Assembly (NCBI GenBank): GCA_964352675.1
Contig: CAYGSN010000004.1
Coordinates: 51,844-115,843 of the forward strand
Direction of reading: 5' to 3'
DNA: 64,000 nt
Source: an uncultured Pseudobdellovibrionaceae bacterium
GTDB taxonomy: Bacteria; Pseudomonadota; Alphaproteobacteria; Micavibrionales; Micavibrionaceae
The notes under the pieces are model-generated. The model saw only the letters and a program-made list of their open reading frames with translations. It was not told where the DNA came from and did no database searches. The stretch's first letter is position 1, and every line of letters starts with the position of its first letter. This document shows, piece by piece, positions 57,401-64,000 of this stretch. Position numbers and translations under genes: made by a program.

Positions 57401-58246
57401 TCAAGGTGCGGGCATACCTCTGACATGATGAATAATATCCATCACATCACCCGCATCAATACGGCCATCCTGGTTCACGTCAAAATTACGAACCCGTTCC
57501 GGCTTTTCGACCACCGTGACCGATTCCACCCGGCCCGAAAACAAACGTCTCAAACCCACCGATTGATCGATCAGATCCAGACGTACGGTTGTGTTTTCCG
57601 GCACTTGTTCGAGATCACCGGTGAAGGCTTGAGATATCCCGACCAAGTCCTGATACACCGTATTCCCTTCAATAAAAACCTGATCCGGGAATGTTTGGCT
57701 TGGCCCGGTATTATCATTCGATTCATTGACAATCGAAAAATCGAAACTCTTCAGCGTGTCCGACGGATCGGCAACCGATGTGTCCTGCAACACGACAGAA
57801 ATCAGGTCACGCCCGCCATCTTGCTGAGATGCAGCCTGCAGGGCCGCTATACCGCGCGCAACTGTGCCGCTGAATTCGCTGCTTTCCAGCAACATTGGCT
57901 CATCTGCGCTAAAGGCTTCCAGCGTAAATTTCAGCGGGATGTTTTCATGATCCCTCAGCCGCTGCGGATCGGCCGCGACATTCAGTCCCGGATCGGCATT
58001 CTGGTCAAACGTCACGGTCAGACGCCATACCGGCCTGCTATCCTCACGGAAATCAAACTCGCCCGGCTCGTACGGATCCGCATCACCGTCAAGGTCCAGG
58101 ATCTCGACACCGTCGAAATGGCCCTGATAGATGATTTTTACCGGCTCGGCGATGGACGCTGATTCCGTCTCGGCAGGTTGAGCCTGCGCGCCGGATGCTG
58201 CGGCCACGATCGCACCTGCGGCCAGAGTGTTTTTAAGTGTGTTCAT
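57401..58246 (-). CDS. secreted hypothetical protein with C-terminal dockerin/EF-hand-like Ca-binding repeat
   Basis: ATG 58246 with AAGGAGAAG upstream. Signal peptide MNTLKNTLAAGAIVAAASGAQAQ. Acidic mature protein. C-terminal DVNQDGRIDAGDVMDIIHHV. Confidence 0.6.
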   Translation of the reverse strand: MNTLKNTLAAGAIVAAASGAQAQPAETESASIAEPVKIIYQGHFDGVEILDLDGDADPYEPGEFDFREDSRPVWRLTVTFDQNADPGLNVAADPQRLRDHENIPLKFTLEAFSADEPMLLESSEFSGTVARGIAALQAASQQDGGRDLISVVLQDTSVADPSDTLKSFDFSIVNESNDNTGPSQTFPDQVFIEGNTVYQDLVGISQAFTGDLEQVPENTTVRLDLIDQSVGLRRLFSGRVESVTVVEKPERVRNFDVNQDGRIDAGDVMDIIHHVRGMPAP

Positions 58247-58456
58247 CGATCTTCTCCTTTCATGAATGTTAAGACGTGATACACGCTCAACAGGATGACT
58301 ATAAAAATGCGCATAAAAAACCGGGCAAGTTTTTCCGTCTTTCACCCGGCAATTATGGCCGGGGATCGAGCGCCGCAGCTTTGCCGCAGAAAAGACAAAC
58401 GAAAATAATCCTGGAAAGCACTGTATGGCAGAATCTGCCTGTGGAAAACCTGACCT

Positions 58457-59674
58457 CTAGTTTTCATCCATTCCCATGGCACTCACTGTAAAGCCCCTGT
58501 CGCGCAGAATTTCAACGATATCATCAACATGCTGGCGATCGCGGGCTTCAATCACAACGTCCAGCTCCGCCCGCTTGAGCGGAACCGCCTGCATCATGCG
58601 CTGGTGAATCACCTCAATCACATTCGCCCCGGCCTGCCCTAAAATCAGTGCGATATCAGAAAGCTGCCCCGGCGTATCGTCAATCTCAAAACGCAGGCGC
58701 ATAATACGCCCCTGCCGCACCAGCCCGCGCAGGATCAGCGTAGAAAGCATCCGGCTGTCAATATTGCCGCCGCACAGCACCAGCCCAACCGTCTTGCCCT
58801 TGTAAAAATCCAGGTTCTTTTGGATGACGGCCAGACCCGCCCCGGCAGAACCCTCCGCCACCAGTTTCTCCGCCGAGAGAAAATCAAACACCGCACGCTC
58901 AATCTCCTGCTCCGTAGCAATATCAATTCGGTCCACCAGTTTTTTGATAACCTCCATATTGGCCTCCGACGGGTTTTTAACCGCAATCCCTTCGGCCAGG
59001 GTCGGGCCGCCCAGCTTCACATCATAACCCTCAAGGCTGGCCTTTACAGACGCATAGCTCTCAGCCTCCGCACCGACAATCTCAACCTCCGGCTTGATGC
59101 CCTTGATCGCTGTGGCCACCCCGGCGACCAATCCTCCGCCGCCGATCGGCACCACAACGGTATCCAGGTCCGGGCGCTGCTGGATCATCTCCAGGCCAAC
59201 CGTGCCCTGCCCGGCGACAAGATCCGGATCGTCATAGGGATGGATGAAGGTATATTCGTTTTCTTCTGCCAGGCGCAGGGTTTCGGCTACAGAATCATCA
59301 AACATATCACCATGCAGGACAACCTTGGCGCCGAAATCTTCGGTGCGCTGGATCTTGTTAAAAGGCGTGCCAGTCGGCATCACGATCGTCGCCGGTATGC
59401 CGAGATTTTGCGCATGATACGCCACGCCCTGCGCGTGGTTTCCGGCGCTGCAGGCAATCACGCCGCGCTTGCGGGCCTGAGCATCCAGCGTCAAAAGCTT
59501 ATTCAGCGCCCCGCGCGCCTTAAAGGCATTGGTGTGCTGCAGATTTTCCAGCTTCAGATACAGCTCAATCCCCATATGCAACGACAGGCGCGTCGCCCGC
59601 ACAATCGGGGTGCGGATCACGAAATCCTTGATGGCGCGGTTGGCGCGTTTGACGTCTTCAAATGTAACGGACAT
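58457..59674 (-). CDS. ilvA: threonine ammonia-lyase (threonine dehydratase)
   Basis: 405 aa. PLP lysine block HTNAFKARGA. GGGGL loop. C-terminal ACT-like regulatory domain. Confidence 0.88.
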   Translation of the reverse strand: MSVTFEDVKRANRAIKDFVIRTPIVRATRLSLHMGIELYLKLENLQHTNAFKARGALNKLLTLDAQARKRGVIACSAGNHAQGVAYHAQNLGIPATIVMPTGTPFNKIQRTEDFGAKVVLHGDMFDDSVAETLRLAEENEYTFIHPYDDPDLVAGQGTVGLEMIQQRPDLDTVVVPIGGGGLVAGVATAIKGIKPEVEIVGAEAESYASVKASLEGYDVKLGGPTLAEGIAVKNPSEANMEVIKKLVDRIDIATEQEIERAVFDFLSAEKLVAEGSAGAGLAVIQKNLDFYKGKTVGLVLCGGNIDSRMLSTLILRGLVRQGRIMRLRFEIDDTPGQLSDIALILGQAGANVIEVIHQRMMQAVPLKRAELDVVIEARDRQHVDDIVEILRDRGFTVSAMGMDEN

Positions 59675-59741
59675 GGCTTAGCCTCAATAAATCAAGGCCA
59701 CACCGTATAAAGAAATGCTCTGGAAATCAATCTGAGAATTT

Positions 59742-60419
59742 TTAGCGCCGCTTTTTACCGCGATCCAGCGTACGTTCATCATACAGGCCCGGTACAATAA
59801 CTCCACCTTCAACGTCGTAAGCTTCCGCTGCATTGCGAATAACTTCATCCTGAAGCTTCTGCATTTCTTCCGGCGTAAATTGCCCATAAGCCCCGGCCAG
59901 TTCCGGGACGTTCCGGCAACGAATGGAGGCATTGATATAGGGAGCAAGCTTCTTCACGCTTTCCTCCGGTTCCAGCTTGCTCGCCTCTCTGGCCAATCTT
60001 TCCGCTTCCCTGCGGCTAACCGTACGGCCGGGGAGAAATGCTGCTGCCTCTTTTTTTGAGTCTTCGATGACCTTGCGATCCTCCGCACGGCAAGGCATCA
60101 GAGCATCCATCTGCTTTCGCGCGCGTGCCAGCCGATCAGAGGGCGACTCCGTTTGCGGCAAATGCACATAGGGCGCCGCCTCAGGCAGTTGAGATATCGG
60201 GGTCTGGCCCTGGGGAAGCGCCGGAGCTTTGGCTGAATTGTTTTCAAGGAACAAACGCCGTTCGGCCGGATTCTGCAGAGCTTTTTTCTTCTGCGCATCA
60301 CTGGCCGCCTTGTTGCGGTCAGTACGTAAAAACAGTTCCTGCGCCTGCACAGCGCTATACCCGGCCGCAAATACGCAAGAAAACAACAAAACCGCTATTA
60401 AAAAATTCTTTTTTTTCAC
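59742..60419 (-). CDS. secreted hypothetical protein
   Basis: GTG at 60419 lies 8 nt after GGAGG and gives (M)KKKNFLIAVLLFSCVFAAGYSAVQA, a signal peptide. The ATGs at 60425 and 60437 are too close to, or upstream of, the Shine-Dalgarno sequence. No motif in the mature part. Confidence 0.5.
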   Translation of the reverse strand: MKKKNFLIAVLLFSCVFAAGYSAVQAQELFLRTDRNKAASDAQKKKALQNPAERRLFLENNSAKAPALPQGQTPISQLPEAAPYVHLPQTESPSDRLARARKQMDALMPCRAEDRKVIEDSKKEAAAFLPGRTVSRREAERLAREASKLEPEESVKKLAPYINASIRCRNVPELAGAYGQFTPEEMQKLQDEVIRNAAEAYDVEGGVIVPGLYDERTLDRGKKRR

Positions 60420-60764
60420 GCACATTACCTCCGGCATGAAACCGAAGCCTCTCTTTATAAGGTAGCGCGTTTGGGAGCGGTTTGTAAAATTTAAAACAGC
60501 GGACAACTTCTGCCCGGGCAAAATAATACAATGGCGGTACGGCTATATTTTTGATAGAATGGGAGGCAGTAAAATATTTCAAAGAAGGTTCTTTTGCCCT
60601 ATCCTGAAATTCCTTTTAAACAATCCTTCCTGCTCTGGCGCTCTTTTCGCACATCGCCCCCTGTATTCCTTAATTTCCCCTCCCTTATTCTGTCGTATTC
60701 CCCACCGTCCGCGGGCGTGTCTTCTTACGTCCGTTAAATCCCACATATACCAAGGAGATCTCTA

Positions 60765-61502
60765 ATGTCGAAGAAACCTCGCAAAGCCAGAAACAAAGAT
60801 CACAACATTGTTCACCCTGCCTTTGAAAATCGCGACTGGCATCCGTTAGACAGTGAAATTGACGGGCGTAGAGATCAAAAATACGTGAAGAATATAAAAC
60901 CGCGCTCCGAAGGGCAGGCAGCCTTGATGCAGTCCATCAAGGACAACTCCCTGACGCTGGCGATCGGTCCGGCCGGAACCGGGAAAACCTACCTTGCAAT
61001 TTCCTCCGCCGTCGAAGCATTGGAGAAAGGGCAAATAGAGCGCATCATTCTCTCCCGACCCGCTATGGAGGCCGGTGAATCTCTTGGCTTTCTCCCCGGT
61101 GATCTGGAAGAAAAAATGGCACCGTATCTGCGCCCTCTCTACGACTCGCTCGGCGACCGCATGGGCGGCAAGAAAGTCCGTCAGCTCATAACAGACGGCA
61201 CAATTGAAATTGCTCCGATCGGGTTTATGCGCGGGCGCACCTTGAACAACGCCTTCGTGGTGATTGACGAGGCCCAGAACTGCACCTACGGACAGCTTAA
61301 GATGATCCTTTCTCGTCTCGGCTGGCACTCTACCATGGTTGTCACCGGTGACCCGGATCAATCCGATCTTCTTGACGGTTTGTCCGGCCTGTCTGATATT
61401 GCGACAAAGCTTGAAAAAGTGCCGAATATTGCTGTATGCAGACTCACGCAAACAGATATTGTGCGCCATCCGCTGGTGGCCAAGATGCTGGATGTGCTTT
61501 AA
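60765..61502 (+). CDS. phoH: PhoH family ATPase
   Basis: Walker A GPAGTGKTYLA. Blocks LSRPAMEAGESLGFLPGD, VIDEAQN and GDPDQSD. AAGGAG Shine-Dalgarno sequence. Confidence 0.9.
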   Translation: MSKKPRKARNKDHNIVHPAFENRDWHPLDSEIDGRRDQKYVKNIKPRSEGQAALMQSIKDNSLTLAIGPAGTGKTYLAISSAVEALEKGQIERIILSRPAMEAGESLGFLPGDLEEKMAPYLRPLYDSLGDRMGGKKVRQLITDGTIEIAPIGFMRGRTLNNAFVVIDEAQNCTYGQLKMILSRLGWHSTMVVTGDPDQSDLLDGLSGLSDIATKLEKVPNIAVCRLTQTDIVRHPLVAKMLDVL

Positions 61503-62185
61503 GCGGGATTTTTCGGGTCGGGCGCGGCCGGATCATGCAGTGTAAACAGCGCCGGTAGTTTATCACGGAGTTCTGCCCTGAATCTGTCAGAATCAGGAAT
61601 CCATCGGCTACCGTCAAATTCTATCGCCCGGACGACCCCTAAAAACGTACCCGCTTCATCCACCACCAGCATATAAGGGATATGGTTGCCGTCGCTTTCA
61701 ATCACCGGGAGCTGCGCATACAGCTCTTGAAGACGCTCATCCGATCCTGTCAGTCCGATTGCGCCGATCTCCCTTACACCGTCTCGATCGGATCTCACGC
61801 CCATATTCTGCATCCATTCTTCCATATCTGAAGGTGAACGCCCTGTCTTACTGGAGATAATAACCGGAACAATGTCCAGCCCGTGCAGTTCATCGACCAA
61901 AGTCTGGGTTGCCGGCGGGCAAAAGACCGTGCAGGCTTTCGCCCCTGTTTCGGCACTACCGGTAAACCCGAAATAAATGATCAACGGCTTGCCTGCGAAA
62001 TGACGATAAGCATAGGCATCGTCAATTACCTGCCCCTCGTGATCAATCAGACCGTTCAGAGAAATTTCCAAACCATCCGCCTTTTGAATAGCATACGGCT
62101 CCGGCACGTCCTCATCACAACCGCCACCAAAAAAAATAGCGGCTGAAATAGCGCTTAAAGATAAAAACTGGCTTAGTCTACTCAT
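61499..62185 (-). CDS. SCO1/SenC-like thioredoxin-fold lipoprotein (atypical)
   Basis: Lipobox FFGGGC. GKPLIIYFGFTGSAETGAKACTVFCPP carries a CxxxCP motif with an insertion relative to the canonical FTFCPDVCP. A later NHIPYMLVVD may hold the conserved His. Confidence 0.55.
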   Translation of the reverse strand: MSRLSQFLSLSAISAAIFFGGGCDEDVPEPYAIQKADGLEISLNGLIDHEGQVIDDAYAYRHFAGKPLIIYFGFTGSAETGAKACTVFCPPATQTLVDELHGLDIVPVIISSKTGRSPSDMEEWMQNMGVRSDRDGVREIGAIGLTGSDERLQELYAQLPVIESDGNHIPYMLVVDEAGTFLGVVRAIEFDGSRWIPDSDRFRAELRDKLPALFTLHDPAAPDPKNPA

Positions 62186-62197
62186 CTTCCTTCTCTC

Positions 62198-62644
62198 CTA
62201 TCCCGGTCCATGTTTGATCATATTGGCAATATGCTCCGCTGCGGGCACACCCAATTGCTCTGCGGTGTTGATATAGCTCTGGATATCCCCTTGCGTGATG
62301 GTGTCAACCAGGTGTCCGACGGCTTCCATGCCTTGATGTACACCGATTTCCGCGACATTGGCCGCCCACACACCGTTCATGGCGTTCGTGCAGACATCCC
62401 ACAGAGCAGGGCCCAGCATCTTGATCCCTTCCCATGTCATCTGCAGCATATGTTCAAAACCGAGCGCCAAATTCCCGGCCGTCATGGTTGCCCCCACGGG
62501 CATCGCCGCCATCGCCGCCCCGGCCAGCGCCATCGGCGTCATCCACAGCGCGTGAAAAAACACATGTTTCAGCCCATGCATGGCAAAATGCTTAAATTTT
62601 TGAGTTAATGTCTTTTTCGGCTTTGCGCCGTCTGCCGCATCCAT
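62198..62644 (-). CDS. Met/His-rich hypothetical membrane-associated protein
   Basis: ATG 62644 (MDAADGAKPKK) with GAGAGGA upstream. Contains HFAMHGLKHVFFHALWMTPMALAGAAMAAMPVGATM. No known family recognised. Confidence 0.45.
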   Translation of the reverse strand: MDAADGAKPKKTLTQKFKHFAMHGLKHVFFHALWMTPMALAGAAMAAMPVGATMTAGNLALGFEHMLQMTWEGIKMLGPALWDVCTNAMNGVWAANVAEIGVHQGMEAVGHLVDTITQGDIQSYINTAEQLGVPAAEHIANMIKHGPG

Positions 62645-62722
62645 AGCGATCCTCTCTTCCTTAAAACCATTGATATGCAACGGTTGTCCGCGCGCATACG
62701 CTAATTGCAGTCTAAAATTGTT

Positions 62723-63136
62723 CTAAGAAAGAAGGGCGGGCGGGCCGTGCGCCTCATACGGTTTTTGGGCCAAAACAACAAAAGCTCCGGCGCGCAGGCC
62801 AAAGCTCAGATCATCCGGAACACCGGCGGGGGATACCTGCTGATAGCCGCCGGCCAGGAAATGCAGATCCGCCGCGGCAAAACAAAACGCGCAATCGGGC
62901 TGCGCCTGATGGTGATCTTGCGGCGTATCGGGCTGCGGGTCCGCAAACGGGTCCATCGCCGCCGGAACCTCCACCTGCCTGATTGAACCATCGGCGCCGC
63001 AAATCTGTATCCAGCTTTTTCCGCCGGACACAAACGCACAAGCAGGAGAAACGGTGGCCATCACCATCGCCACCATCAACACGACATATAAAAATCGTCC
63101 CCGCAAGGTCATCAACCTATTAACGGGGACAATCAA
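62723..63136 (-). CDS. DUF2946-like protein
   Basis: Signal peptide. WIQICGADGS and DCAFC motifs fit my recollection of DUF2946 (xC(T/G)xxG ... CxxC). The ORF-track start is TTG. ATG at 63112 is the alternative. Confidence 0.5.
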   Translation of the reverse strand: MIVPVNRLMTLRGRFLYVVLMVAMVMATVSPACAFVSGGKSWIQICGADGSIRQVEVPAAMDPFADPQPDTPQDHHQAQPDCAFCFAAADLHFLAGGYQQVSPAGVPDDLSFGLRAGAFVVLAQKPYEAHGPPALLS

Positions 63137-63162
63137 AAATTTGTCAATGCCGTGATAAAAAA

Positions 63163-63447
63163 TCAGGCCGCAGAAGGAGCCTCATCCAACCCCAGGCGCG
63201 CTCGTTCTTCAACATAGTGTTGATGGCGATCAAGCAATGCATTCGCCACAGCGCTTGCAGCACCTGCAAAACGTTGCCTGTGCGGGGCCCCCTTGGCATC
63301 CAGCACTTGTAATTTCCAGCCTTTATCGCCGGGTTCTCTAATGGCATTAAATTCGTCATTCACCTGCACGGTCAGGGTTTCAATACCCGTGTAACCGATA
63401 CCCTTACCGGGACCTGTATGCGAAACGCCTTCAGGAAGATCTGTCAT
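63163..63447 (-). CDS. small hypothetical protein (94 aa)
   Basis: ATG with AGGAG upstream. No motif recognised. Confidence 0.4.
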   Translation of the reverse strand: MTDLPEGVSHTGPGKGIGYTGIETLTVQVNDEFNAIREPGDKGWKLQVLDAKGAPHRQRFAGAASAVANALLDRHQHYVEERARLGLDEAPSAA

Positions 63448-63571
63448 TTTTTTCTTTCTCCTTTTTTCTTATATTTAAAACATAAATACAATTAAGCCGC
63501 AATCAAATCAAGTTTATAATCACAACTTTCGTTGCTGCTCTGCGGTAAAGTTTTGCTTTCTTTGGATTTAT

Positions 63572-63922
63572 TTAATCGGAAACCTTTTTCACGACCGAGG
63601 TTTTCAGATGCATCGGACCAAAGCCGGGCACCTTGGCGGCGATGTCATGATCACCAATCCATTCCTCCGGCGGCAGCAGGCGGATATTTGGCACCTTCGT
63701 GCCGACCTTGATCGCGCTACCCCCGACCTTCAAATCTTTCACAACCGTGACCGTGTCGCCATCGGCCAGTTCATTGCCCACCGCATCACGGAAAATATGC
63801 GCCTCTTCTGCGCTCTCGCCCGCCGCGCTCCACTCATGCGCGCATTCCGGACAGATGAGCAACGCGCCATCCTCATACGTATAGGCGGAAGAACATTTCG
63901 GACAGGCAGGAAGCTCAGACAT
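63572..63922 (-). CDS. phnA: PhnA/YjdM zinc-ribbon protein
   Basis: [31 protein letters not shown] zinc ribbon, plus [13 protein letters not shown]...GTKVPNIRL...[15 protein letters not shown] close pattern match to E. coli YjdM. Confidence 0.9.
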   Translation of the reverse strand: MSELPACPKCSSAYTYEDGALLICPECAHEWSAAGESAEEAHIFRDAVGNELADGDTVTVVKDLKVGGSAIKVGTKVPNIRLLPPEEWIGDHDIAAKVPGFGPMHLKTSVVKKVSD

Positions 63923-64000
63923 TGATTTTACCCTTCTATAAAGCACTGTTTTGCAATGCGTTTTCAGCTTCGTCAGTTCGTTTGCTCATTTTGATGGGGG

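Noticed and set aside
57341-58162. 273-aa forward-strand ORF overlapping the dockerin-like gene
   Set aside because: The reverse-strand frame has a strong ribosome-binding site, a signal peptide, a Ca-binding motif and a terminator. The forward frame is Arg/His/Ile-rich with no features and starts inside that terminator.
58180-58246. LAAG in the dockerin-like protein as a potential LapG-type (T/P)AAG cleavage site for the BTLCP protease at 50305
   Set aside because: The motif lies within the predicted Sec signal peptide (MNTLKNTLAAGAIVAAASGAQA) and would be removed on export. A four-residue match has no statistical weight.
58820-59710. 296-aa forward-strand ORF
   Set aside because: Antisense to ilvA and Arg-rich, so a shadow ORF.

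Overview
The window is a densely packed chromosomal segment that looks alphaproteobacterial. That is an inference from gene content and synteny: aroQ-accB-accC-aat, DUF2155-mlaD-NDUFA12-like, PCuAC and SCO1 copper chaperones, and a class I ribonucleotide reductase with no ATP cone. I call about 70 protein-coding genes. I found no rRNA, tRNA, CRISPR array, transposase, integrase or phage gene.

Housekeeping content:
- thrC, pdxS/pdxT, guaA, guaB, metF-metE, rsmB, rlmE
- aroQ, accBC, aat, clpSA, hldE, nrdA, nrdB, ilvA, phoH, phnA/yjdM
- a polysaccharide-type cluster at the left edge (asnB-like amidotransferase, epimerase, GT4 glycosyltransferase)
- many periplasmic thiol-redox and copper-handling genes

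Most interesting observations:
1. 50305-51288: one polypeptide joins a textbook tandem MshEN c-di-GMP-binding motif, one TM helix and a LapG-like (BTLCP) periplasmic cysteine protease. This may be a one-component version of the LapD/LapG switch.
2. 38537-39427: a response-regulator receiver fused to a guanine-deaminase-like domain that keeps HAE but has lost both zinc-binding cysteines.
3. 39466-40182 and 46227-46931: two diverged paralogs of an unrecognised pilin-like secreted family.
4. 15043-15264: a 73-aa His/Cys-rich peptide with a duplicated HVHGPHCNH unit. It lies upstream of an orphan N-acyl-amino-acid-synthase-like acyltransferase.
5. 16336-18081: a low-GC two-gene insert (formyltransferase plus NodB deacetylase) lies directly after guaA. 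A 13-codon copy of the guaA 3' end sits at its far side.
6. pdxS and pdxT are split by a translationally coupled GNAT and small transporter.
7. 61499-63136: a DUF2946 / Met-His-rich / SCO1-like operon.
8. Five convergent gene pairs share overlapping stop codons.

All functional calls come from motifs read by eye in the ORF translations. No database search was possible. Start codons are often uncertain because the ORF track also opens ORFs at GTG and TTG.
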